From contig JALMLS010000021.1 of the NCBI GenBank assembly GCA_038496445.1, positions 1 to 52,998 of the forward strand: a stretch of DNA of 52,998 bases, given 5' to 3'. Positions 23,467-35,203 of this stretch are shown in pieces. The stretch is from Trichosphaerium sp. ATCC 40318 (lineage: Eukaryota; Protista; Tubulinea). The position numbers and the translations under genes were made by a program. Positions within the stretch are counted from its first letter, which is position 1. Each line of letters opens with the position of its first letter. Under the pieces are notes generated by a model. The model saw only the letters and a program-made list of their open reading frames with translations. It was not told the origin of the DNA and did not search any database.

Positions 23467-26400
23467 ATGACAGAATCGCAGAATGACAAAAACCAACATT
23501 TAGAACAGGAAGAACCAACCAACAACATCCATCTCCCCGTAATTGAAAGTGTGTTTGCTGCTGCAGGTTTGTAATGCTTGCTAAGCAAATAGTTGACAAA
23601 GTACAGCAACAAATGGCTACAATGAAGTTGTTTCAGTATTACCCAATGCCAACACCAATATTGATGCTGTTGATAAAAATGGAAAGACAGCTTTGATATA
23701 TGCAGGTAACATGATATGATGAGATACAACATGTAAATATCTCACTATACTATTTAGCACAAAAAGGACACAATGAAGTTGTATCAACCATACTCAAAGC
23801 CAACGCCAATATTGATTTTGTTGATAAATATAGAAGGACAGCATTAATATATGCAGGTAACATGATATGATGAGATACACATCTCACTATACTATTTAGC
23901 ACAAAAAGGCCACAATGAAGTTGTATCAATCTTACTCAACGCCAACGCCAATATTGATTTTGTTGATAAATATAGAATGACAGCATTAATATATGCAGGT
24001 AACATGATATGATGAGATACAACATGTACATATCTCACTCTACTATTTAGTACAAAAAGGAGACAATGAAGTTGTTTCAACATTACTCAACGCCAATGCT
24101 AATGTTGATGTTGTTGATACATATGGAAGGACAGCATTAATATGTGCAGGTAACATGATATGATGAGATACAACATGTAATTATCTCACTATACTATTTA
24201 GTACAAAAAGGACACAACGAAGTTGTTTCAATATTACTCAATGCCAATGCCAATGTTGATTCTGTTAATAAATATGGAAAGACAGCTTTAATATATGCAG
24301 GTAACATGATATGATGAGATACACATCTCACTATACTATTTAGCACAAAAAGGCCACAATGAAGTTGTATCAATCTTACTCAATGCCAATGCTAATATTG
24401 ATGTTGTTGATAAAAATGAAAAGACAACTTTAATATATGCAGGTAACATGATATGATGAGATACAACATGTAATTATCTCACTCTACTATTTAGCACAAG
24501 AAGGACACAATGAAGTTGTTTCAATCTTACTCAAAGCCAACGCCAATATTGATTCTGTTGATGACGATAGAAGGACAGCTTTAATATATGCAGGTAACAT
24601 GATATGATAATACAACATGTACACATCTCACTCTACTATTTAGCATGGAATGGACACAATGAAGTTGTATCAACCCTACTCAAAGCCAACGCCAATGTTG
24701 ATTCTGTTGATGAATATAGAAAGACAGGTTTAATATATGCAGGTAACATGATATGATGAGATACAACATGTACACAGCTCACTCTACTATTTAGCACAAA
24801 AAGGCCACAATGAAGTTGTATCAATCTTACTCAATGCCAACGCCAATATTGATTTTGTTGATGAAGATAAAAGGACAGCTTTAATATATGCAGGTAACAT
24901 GATATGATAATACAACATGTACACATCTCACTCTACTATTTAGCATGGAATGGAGACAATGAAGTTGTATCAATCTTACTCAAAGCCAACGCCAATGTTG
25001 ATTCTGTTGATGAAGATAGAAAGACAGGTTTAATGCATGCAGGTAACATGATATGATGAGATACAACGTGTACATATCTCACTCTACTATTTAGCACAAA
25101 AAGGCCACAATGAAGTTGTATCAACCTTACTCAAAGCCAACGCCAATATTGATTCTGTTGATGTATGCAAAATGACAGCATTAATATATGCAGGTAACAT
25201 GATATGATGAGATACAACATGTACATATCTCACTCTACTATTTAGCATGGAATGGACACAATGAAGTTGTATCAACATTACTCAAAGCCAATGCTAATGT
25301 TGATGTTGTTAATAAATATGGAAGGACAGCATTAATACGTGCAGGTAACATGATATGATGAGATACAACATGTACATATCTCACTCTACTATTTAGCACA
25401 AAAAGGACACAATGAAGTTGTATCAATCTTACTCAATGCCAACGCCAATATTGATTTTGTTGATGAAGATAAAAGGACAGCTTTAATATATGCAGGTAAC
25501 ATGATATGATGAGATACAACATGTAAATATCTCACTCTACTATTTAGCATGGAATGGACACAATGAAGTTGTATCAACATTACTCAATGCCAATGCTAAT
25601 GTTGATGTTGTTAATACATATGGAAGGACAGCATTAATATGTGCAGGTAACATGATATGATGAGATACAACATGTACATATCTCACTATACTATTTAGCA
25701 CAAAAAGGAGACAATGAAGTTGTATCAACCCTACTCAAAGCCAACGCCAATATTGATTCTGTTGATGAAGATAGAATGACAGCTTTAATGTGTGCAGGTA
25801 ACATGATATGATGAGATACAACATGTAAATATCTCACTCTACTATTTAGCACGGAATGGACACAATGAAGTTGTATCAACCTTACTCAAAGCCAACGCCA
25901 ATGTTGATTCTGTTGATAAATATAAAATGACAGCATTGATATATGCAGGTAACATGTAAGATACAACATGTACATATCTCACTCTACTATTTAGCACAGA
26001 ATGGAGACAATGAAGTTGTTTCAACATTACTCAATGCCAATGCTAATGTTGATGTTGTTGATACATATGGAAGGACAGCATTAATATATGCAGGTAACAT
26101 GATATGATGAGATACAACATGTAATTATCTCACTCTACTATTTAGCACAAGAAGGAGACAATGAAGTTGTATCAACCCTACTCAAAGCCAACGCCAATGT
26201 TGATTCTGTTGATAAATATGGAAATACAGCTTTGATATGTGCAGGTAACATGATATGATGAGATACAACATGTACATATCTCACTCTACTATTTAGCACA
26301 GAAAGGAGACAATAAAGTTGTTTCAACATTACTCAACGCCAATGCCAATGTTGATGAAGGTGGAATGACAGCATTGATATATGCAGGTAACATGTAAGAT

Positions 26401-29400
26401 ACAACATGTACATATCTCACTCTACTATTTAGCACAAGAAGGACACAATGAAGTTGTTTCAACATTACTCAATGCCAATGTTAATGTTGATGTTGTTGAT
26501 ACATATGGAAAGACAGCATTAATATATGCAGGTAACATGATATGATGAGATACAACATGTAATTATCTCACTCTACTATTTAGCACAAGAAGGACACAAT
26601 GAAGTTGTATCAATCTTACTCAACGCCAATGCCAATGTTGATGTTAATACATATGGAAGGACAGCATTAATATATGCAGGTAACATGATATGATGAGATA
26701 CAACATGTAATTATCTCACTCTACTATTTAGCACAAGAAGGACACAATGAAGTTGTATCAACCCTACTCAAAGCCAACGCCAATGTTGATTCTGTTGATA
26801 AATATGGAAGGACAGCTTTGATATATGCAGGTAACATGATATGATGAGATACAACATGTACATATCTCACTCTACTATTTAGCACAAGAAGGACACAATG
26901 AAGTTGTATCAACCCTACTCAAAGCCAACGCCAATGTTGATTCTGTTGATGAAGATAGAAAGACAGGTTTAATATATGCAGGTAACATGATATGATGAGA
27001 TACAACATGTACACAGCTCACTCTACTATTTAGCATGGAATGGACACAATGAAGTTGTATCAACCCTACTCAAAGCCAACGCCAATGTTGATTCTGTTGA
27101 TGAAGATAGAAAGACAGGTTTAATATATGCAGGTAACATGATATGATGAGATACAACATGTACATATCTCACTCTACTATTTAGCACAAAAAGGCCACAA
27201 TGAAGTTGTATCAATCTTACTCAACGCCAATGCTAATATTGATGTTGTTGATAAAAATAGAAAGACAGCTTTGATATATGCAGGTAACATGATATGATGA
27301 GATACAACATGTAATTATCTGACTCTACTATTTAGCACAAAAAGGACACAATGAAGTTGTTTCAATCTTACTCAAAGCCAACGCCAATATTGAAGTTGTT
27401 GATAAAGCTGGAAATACAGCTTTGATTTATACTACAGGTAATATCACTAGTGAGATAAAAATATGTTTATTTACTATCATTCGAGATTTTGACAAAATAT
27501 CAATGCTAGTGTTGAAATTAATCAAACCTAACGCAAATAATATTGATACTATTGATGAAAGTGAAACCAACAAGGATTCAGGTATTAGCACATTACAAAA
27601 AAATTTGGTGAAATAATAGCTAACGCTGTAAGTAGTAGTAACTCCGTGCCAAAGAAAGTGGCAAGACTTTATGTTCATTTTAATTAGAGAAGTGGTATCA
27701 AATACACCCTCAGCTGTTGAAAAATTCATAACTTTCTTAAAATACTGTCCAAGTGGTAAACAATGCCATCCACTGTGGAGATCCTGTAAAAAGCACTATT
27801 CACGCAACATATGGGGGAGAAACCAGCTTGAAGAATGGCTTCACCGTTTGGTACACTTTGTTGAATACCAATACCTTAAACTAACCATACAACGTTTAGC
27901 CAACACAGTATTATTTCAAACTGGCAATGGAAAAAGGTATTCGTCATTTAATTTGTTCTGCATGCAATCCCAAAGTTGTATTGCCTCCAGTACGATATCT
28001 TCACTGTTAACATCTACAAACAACATTCTTTTTCTACAGGAATTCTGGAAACAAGATGGGCAATCAATGCAAGGTTTTCTGCATGATATGCCCAATGATG
28101 CTTGGGTTAATAACAGTCAAGATGATTCCTTGAAAGAAGAGTGTACTGAAGGTAAGAAGCGTGTGGTGAAAATACTAAAAACAGTTTTCAAAAGGATTAA
28201 AAGGTGAAAACGCATGGAGTCTAAATCCGCGATTGTATTTTGCAAATAATTGGGATAGCTCTAACACGTGCGTTCAATTACTTTATTAGTTCTTATATTA
28301 CAAAAAGAGGCATTGTTGCAAAGGCGACACACTACAAAACACTGAATCTGCTTGATGACAACGACAAAGTGGCAGTCAGAGAATTCAACATCCTCAAACA
28401 GGAGATGTCAAAACTACATGGCTGTAACAATTACAATATCATTGAAGCGACTCTCGTTTATAATGACATCTTGACAGAAAACTTTGGTTGCGTCAACGAA
28501 ATACTGACGCACAGACATCAGTACGGTTACTCCACACTTCATAGGCATTTTGTGATTCTAAACATGCATCTATTAGAGAACTGCCCAAGTTGTTTAAAAA
28601 ACAAAATTGGAAACAAAGTATCTACAAGGAACACAAAGAGACTGTGCACCAAAAGTACAACACCCTCACTGCTTTTAATGATTGTTATACTGAAAAAAAG
28701 GATAAGGTAATGTTCTCGGTACTCTTGCACTACAAACATTTTATTTAGTTACCAGTGATATTGATGGTCCATGGAACAAGCGAAGAAGCAGCTTACAGTA
28801 TTGTAAAGGCTGGTTTTGGAACTGTGAGTTCTTTAGATGCTGGTTACTATGGTCAAGGGATATACTTCACTGTACGTTATTACTCAATTTTTTCAGGTGG
28901 TCAATATTCATTTTCGGCAATAGAGAAGCATAAAGTATGCAGCTTCATATGATTTAAAAGGAAGAACTGTAAAAACACTGGTTTTAAGTCTTGTTACTCC
29001 TGGGAACGTTTATCCGGTAAGCAAACAATAATATTGATGTGGATATTCTTTACTTACTTGATAAAAAGCATGATCCTCTCATAGCAGGCAAAGATGGTAC
29101 CAAAAACAGCAATGAAAGCTTACGTGGAAAGCCAATAAAACCAGGGTATCAAAGTCACTATGCCTTGGTAGACCGCACTGGTAAACTCCTACCAGCAGAT
29201 AAACTTGAAGATGCAGTATACGATGAGCTGGTAGTGGCACAAGGTACACTCAGCAATACAATTGAAAAATGTGATTAAATTCTCAAACACTTTTTTAGAT
29301 ACTCAAGCTGTTGCTCGGTACATCATCAAAGTTGAACGCAAAAAACGTCAAACTACAAAAGGCAAGAAAGTTGATAAAAAGACAAAGAAAGAGAAAGGCG

Positions 29401-29783
29401 ATAATGAACAAACTGCAGCTCAAGCTTCAGAAGTAGATACTGAAGGTTCAGCTGGCGAGCTATCTGATGATGAACTATCTGATTCTGACGACACTTTTAT
29501 TTCTAACAGGTACAATTTTATAGTATCGTTTAAACTTAAGTTTTGTACTAGAAAACTATGGGCTGCCCATGATGATTCAACTGATGATGAACAATCAAGC
29601 TATAATTATGGGAATCAGCAACAACACATTATCGAATTGACAAAAGCCAATGCAAATAAAGAACAGCACATTACTGAATTGACTGAAAGCATCAACAACC
29701 TAAAGCAAGACAACACTAGCCTAAAGAAGAGGAACGCCATTCTTCTGGCAAAAATAGCTCTCCTTGAAAGTACAGCAAAGTAA
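23467..29783 (+). CDS. Ankyrin-repeat (26 single-repeat exons) + helical linker + PARP-like ADP-ribosyltransferase + coiled-coil protein
   Basis: ATG at 23467. Exons decode A[QWR][KNE]G[HD]NEVVS[IT]LL[KN]ANAN[IV]DxVDxxxxT[AG]LIxA with no in-frame stops seen. ART motifs MVHGTS, DAGYYGQGIYFT, KYAASY, VTPGNVYP, GYQSHY and YDELVV. C-terminal heptads end at 29783. Confidence 0.9.
23607..27437 (+). repeat. Tandem array of ~151-bp exon+intron units (typically 99-nt ankyrin exon + 52-nt intron), 26 exons and 25 introns
   Basis: Intron consensus gtaacatgatatgatgagatacaacatgtacatatctcactctactatttag is repeated between exons. All are phase 1 (GCA G|CA). Confidence 0.95.
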
Positions 29784-30095
29784 TTCTAATGCGTCTGTTG
29801 TAAACACACAACATTTATCAATAAACAACCACAGCTTAGTTTTTCATAAATTGTACTTGTTTCAAATTCATGGCAAATAAGTTGTTTTGGCGCACTGAAG
29901 ATAAAGGGTACTTATAAGTGCAACATTCAATTGTAATTTGTTCAACTTTGGGAGGTAAGAGATGTATGTTGTAGATAAAATAACAAGATGCCATTGTGTG
30001 TATTGTTGAAATTTTATTGATGCCACTCAGGCCAATAATGTTGTAATTTATGACTTACTGCATAAATTTAAGCCCAATTTTTTTCCACAATACAC

Positions 30096-30638
30096 TAAGG
30101 CATCGGTTGAGTCTTTTTACTTGCTGAAATGAACGTGAGATTGTTGTGGCTCAAAAAAACCAGAAACAAGTCATAGTTTCTGGCTTACCAATCCAACTTC
30201 GACTCTGATTCTTTACACACATATCCAACATGTATGTGCACATATAAACGTACCAAAAATATTTTTTCGCTCTAGTTTTATGAAACACGTGCGTTTATCT
30301 CGCGGCAGAAAATACAGAAAAAAATAGGAATTGTAACATTTATGGCAAACACGGTCAAGATCAGTTCTGATTTTTTCCATAACAGATCTACATGTCAATA
30401 CACGTATTTTGTATTTTCAAACTGAACAAGATTTGTAAACATTCCTCGTTTTTGGCGCAAAAAAACCAGAAAGAAGTCAAAATATCTGGCTTGAAAAATC
30501 GATTTTTGACCTGATTCTTTGCACACTAATGCGACATGTATATGTGCACATAAAACTGCGATAACAATATTTTCTCCATGGTTTTCATTGAAACGTGTTT
30601 AAAAAAAAAGTGCTGAGCCGACTTTCGCTGATGCCTTA
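30096..30638. mobile_element. Probable MITE (~543 bp)
   Basis: 9-bp perfect TIR TAAGGCATC...GATGCCTTA (10/11 if extended) flanked by CAC on both sides. Internal imperfect direct repeat aaaaaaccagaaa..aagtca..tctggctt..ctgattcttt.cacac..acatgta..tgtgcacata at ~30153 and ~30460. Confidence 0.6.
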
Positions 30639-31229
30639 CACTGACCCAGCAACTTGGTACATATGTAACTGGGTTAAAAAAATGTCTTCCTTGACACTAA
30701 CACAAGATGCTACGAGTCTGAGAATTGTTTGTGAATTTTGGTTTTCGAGTATTTAGTCAGATCTGACAGATCTTGCACGTTCTGTTAGTTCTTAAAGAAC
30801 TGACAATTATGCTACAACTAGCATAACCAACGTTTGAAATGTGATTCATGTTATTGGAGGCTTGCTGGGTGGAAAAATTGTGTCTTTACACTGTACCACG
30901 TGATAAGGTTGTATTGTAGCGACTGATAAAGTTAAAAAGAGAGAAAAGAGAGGAAAAAAAAGAAGGAACCAAGCACAATAAGACCAGCCATTCGCCAATT
31001 GAAATATCATATTTGGTAAACAAGGAAAACATAAAATAGAAAAAAAGAAAAGAAAGCGAGAGGGATGGAAAGATTATAAAAGCAAGACCATACTATCCTA
31101 CCACACACTATAGACCTAGTATGCTTTTATGTTATTCTCAGCGAGAGCAAAAATACGTGATCCCATGTAGGTATTAATATACTTCTTATGCTTGATATCC
31201 AACTTGCACCTAACAATGTATCTTTTATA

Positions 31230-31385
31230 TAAAAGTGTAATATAGATGATATTGATGCGCTTTGCCATACTTCAGGCAAAATTCGTGCTACGTTAAACAT
31301 TGAAACTATTTTAGCAACCAATTCATCCGTAATCCAACCTTGCGTGTCTCTGAATGCCTGTTCCTGAGGAGAATCACCAGAAATC
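31230..31385 (-). mobile_element. Non-LTR retrotransposon reverse-transcriptase relic (N-terminal RT region)
   Basis: DELVAKIVSMFNVARILPEVWQSASISSI resembles the LINE RT motif L..LFN.....P..W..A.I..I. Confidence 0.45.
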
Positions 31386-31559
31386 TACATTCTTCAATAA
31401 ACTGGTTTACTACCTACCTTGCACACTAATGCGACATGTATTAGTGCATGGAACCCTACAAAAATAATCTCCACGCAGGTTTTCATAATGTGTTTTTCGA
31501 AATCAATTTTACTACTATCCCCGTAGATGGCGTGAATTAACGAGCACGCTTAATTGAAC

Positions 31560-32232
31560 TTGTGATTGCTTTCACAGGTTTGTATTGGTTGGTGCGTAAA
31601 TAGCTAACCAACCATAGCAACAAATGGCCATGCTGAAAATATACCAAAGTTAATCGAATCGAATGGCAATATTGATGCTGTTGATAGATAGCTATGGACA
31701 GGTTTGATATGTGCAACAGGTAATGACAAAGGGAGAGATACAATACAAGTCGTTCACACCATATTTATTACAATACATGCCAATGTTGAGGCTGCTAATG
31801 AAGGTGGATACAGCTTTATTATGAGCGGTTAATCTTGGTTGATGAGATAAGAATATGTTCCTCACATTGTTATTTAGCAGGGGAAGGATAGAACCAAATA
31901 GTATCAGTGCCAATGCCAGGCCAATATTGACGCCAGTACTAAATATTGAATAAGGAAATACAGCTTTAATTTGTGCAGGTAACATGATATGATGAGATAC
32001 AACATGTACATATCTCAAAATACTATTTAACATACAAAGGACACAATGAAGGTATCAATGTTAACTAATGCCAACGCCCATATTGATGCTGTTGATCAAA
32101 GTGGAAACACAGCTTTGGTTAATGCAGGTAATATCAGCAGATCATACATTATGGGGTTCAATAAAATCGATCAATATTTGTCAAGCCAATACCGATATTG
32201 AGGCTGTTGATAAAGCTGGAAACACATTTTTA
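31560..32232 (+). pseudogene. Decayed paralog of the ankyrin-exon gene (about 5 degenerate ankyrin exons)
   Basis: Contains homologs of the first intron (cag|gtttgta...ag|caacaaatggc), one array intron at ~31979 with the acceptor AG mutated to AA, and the last intron start (gcag|gtaatatca). Exons have frameshifts and stops. Confidence 0.85.
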
Positions 32233-32509
32233 ACAGTCTTGACAGAACTTACACGAACTAAGCGAAAGTGACAAGGTCTGGTGCTGCAAATTTTTCTTTA
32301 ATTTATAACACGACCTCTTGGCTTTTGCTAAAAATTCAAACAAGCTTACTTTTTGACTATTTAGTCAGCGTAGGCATTCATGGATGGTAATAAAACTACT
32401 TCGCTAGAGATTTGTATGTAGCAGCTGCCGCTTTAGCTGCTGTTTTTTCTTGTCATTTTGAGAGTGTTACAATAAAATGGGAGATTCAGATTATGTACTG
32501 TATCTCTAT

Positions 32510-32630
32510 CTCAATATAGCCTGAAGTTCAGAACCGTTTGAGTCAGTATGAAATACTGTCTTAAATATCATCCAACGACTGCGCCAGTAGCTACTCCGTC
32601 TTTAACACTGCCGTCATAGTAAGTACTGAG
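32510..32630 (-). mobile_element. RNase H-like relic of a non-LTR retrotransposon
   Basis: STYYDGSVKDGVATGAVVG* followed (frameshifted) by DSNGSELQAIL, resembling RNase H motifs YTDGS...G.G and S..AEL.AI. Confidence 0.5.
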
Positions 32631-33008
32631 ACTCCTGTGAGGTTGTGTTCCAGAGATGTACTCTCTTGGGCGTGTTAGACGTCTACGGTCTTTGACTGCA
32701 ACAACAGAAACTACTATAGTGTATGACGTCACATTGAAAGTGACTTGGGGGACAAAAAGCTTAGTCGCTTAATTCTGTACATTATTTGACACGAACGCGA
32801 TACGATACACCACGTGGAGACCAAAAGCCCTTCTGTTGTGAATGAATACGCATATTCACCAGTATTCATGACTAAAGCTCATTCATCATTTGCCTTTGCC
32901 TGACCAATGTTTGGGTTAAATTAGAAAAGACGCTATGCTTGAGTTCGCACTAAAAGGGCAATTCTTTGGCGGCTTACAGGTTTTTTAGGGAGCATAACAG
33001 TGGGTACA

Positions 33009-33134
33009 CTAGCAACCGCCACGAAGTCGAAGTACGAGATGGAGAGTGGATTTGGATATTGTAATCACTCAACTGCTACCATCCTCAAGCTGCTTACCAG
33101 CGAAGATAAGGCGTTGTTGATCTGGAGGAATGGC
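33009..33134 (-). pseudogene. Ubiquitin pseudogene fragment (residues ~36-76 + Cys + stop)
   Basis: IPPDQQRLIFAGKQLEDG / (-1 nt) LSDYNIQ / (-5 nt) STLHLVLRLRGG C *. Confidence 0.95.
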
Positions 33135-35203
33135 ATTAAAAGTATAACCTACCAGAAGTTTCGCTTGCTCAAAACAACAGTGCAAAAACTTTATTTTTGG
33201 CATCGCTGCGCGTAGATGATGCTACGGTAGCACTATTTTGACTATTTGCAACAAAGAGAGCAAGGGATAACAATACGGACTATATAGTCATGTCACAGTC
33301 GATGTAAACAATACAGCTTTTGATCTCTGTGCAACTCAAGTACATACCTTGTTTTTCCAAGTAAAACCGCACAATCCGTATTATGATAATACCTAACGCA
33401 ATGTGCACATACTTGCAACTGAACGAAACCTAGCATAAAAATGAATGTTTTTAAAAAAAATAACTACCTGCTAAAGAAAAGTCATGACTTTGCTTCTTGT
33501 GGAGGAAGACCTAAAGCTGCAACAACACAGGAGTATTGGCTTGAACTCTGTTTGGCTTTTATTGTAGAGGTATCCCATTCGTAGGTGATAAGGGTTTACT
33601 GTACCTCGTGCAGCTCCGTTGTGGTTTTTAGTCTTTTCTCCATTGCCCATACTCTACCTGGCGTCTATACAACAAAGGTAACGTTAATTTAATTTCTTGC
33701 AACTTCTCATCTTTGTCAGTAGCACAGCTCATAACTAGACAGCACCGAGTGATCCTTCTTTTAAAACTCGCTCAAAACCACTTGTTACTAGTCCTATTTT
33801 GTTTTGAGGTTACAACGCTCACGGTGCGCGCATATACAGTGCTGAGATTGCGTTTAGCGTTATTGCAGAACAGTTGGTTTTTTTTGTGTAATAGTCACAC
33901 ACGCGTGCTGAGGGTTGCTACGTGAGCAAAAAAAAAGCGAACGGTGCTTTAAACGCGCAACTGTCACGTAACCGAAACCAACTACGGTACTACTTCATTC
34001 AGGCATTGCTTGTTTCACTGTCGGCTTTATTTATGTTTATATGCATACCACAGCCTCGGTTAAAAACCAAGTGTTAAATGCAAATAAAACCAGTCCAATA
34101 GCCACTACTACGCACCATTGCGCGAAAGTGCTTGTGTATTACTTAAAAATTGTGAGTCCTCATGGCGAAAAGATATGAACAATAGTGGTTCTCGTTATAA
34201 TAATTACATTTCCGTTCTCGTTACAATTGGTGTCTGCAAGGTATTTCGTTATTTTCAAGCTTCTGTGCGTACAGCAGATGTTGTTACAGACTTAGTCGTT
34301 AGTTCTGTCTATTTCACAGATCTTTTTTTAGCGTCGTTAGGTTGGAATGAATACACCTTAAAGAAGTTATACAGGCAAAGATGCAAACTAATTGAAAGCG
34401 CGTGGAGGCCGATACGAACCGAACCAGAACGCGACGAGCATAACCCACCAATTACGTAGCAGGCTTGACACTTGCAGACTAGCCTGCGTCCCTGGTCAGA
34501 AACAAACCCGCCCAGACACCGTCCGTGAGCGGCACTGACTTTATGTGAGATCCTACTGTAAAAGGACTTTGTTGACTGTACCAGAATAAACTGAACTGAA
34601 CTGATACGAAAAAATAGAAACAACTTACTTGTAGGCAAGAGAAGCAGGTCGATCTTAACCTCCTCCCTTACCTTTGCCGCATTTTGAACGTCCTTTCAAT
34701 AAACAAGCTACCCCATGCGCTTCGCCAGAGCACCTCTTTCTTTGCTCTTTGAGCCTTTTGTTTCCTTTTGGCGCTCTGGTAGGCTGACATTTGCATGTGC
34801 TTTTATCGCCAATCACGTTCCTGTTCAATCACTATCAGTTTTCTTTGCTATAGTCAACAATCTTTTCTCGACCAATCTTCTAGCCATTGCAATTGGTAAT
34901 TTAATACAAGTAGTGCGTCAATGAACCTCAACCAACTTTTGCAGAGGATTATCCTTAATATGGTTTACGTCCATTACTTGTTCGTAACCCAGTTGTTGCT
35001 TGGATTCTGTATGATTGAATTTACAAGAACTTTCATAGCTTTTTTGGCCTTGCGTATATCCCTTTTGGGTGTAGTTTTTGCCACCACTGATCCCTTTGTT
35101 GACTTGCAATAAAAAGGTCTAAAATGGTAAACAAGTTTAAGCACTATTGCACTAAAAGTCATACTTTAGCTGTTAGACGAAGTTAGTTTGAATTTTCGGT
35201 ACA

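Noticed and set aside
23892-27214. Series of ~62-aa minus-strand ORFs (MIQLHC...)
   Set aside because: Antisense shadows of the repeated exon-intron unit. The plus strand has splice signals and an ankyrin consensus.
23607-27437. CRISPR-like pattern of constant repeats and variable spacers
   Set aside because: The 'repeats' are GT-AG introns and the 'spacers' are mutually homologous in-frame ankyrin exons. The context is eukaryotic and there are no cas genes.
23607-27437. Diversity-generating retroelement-type mutagenesis
   Set aside because: Differences are not restricted to adenines, and there is no template/variable repeat pair or intact RT nearby. The pattern fits recombination.
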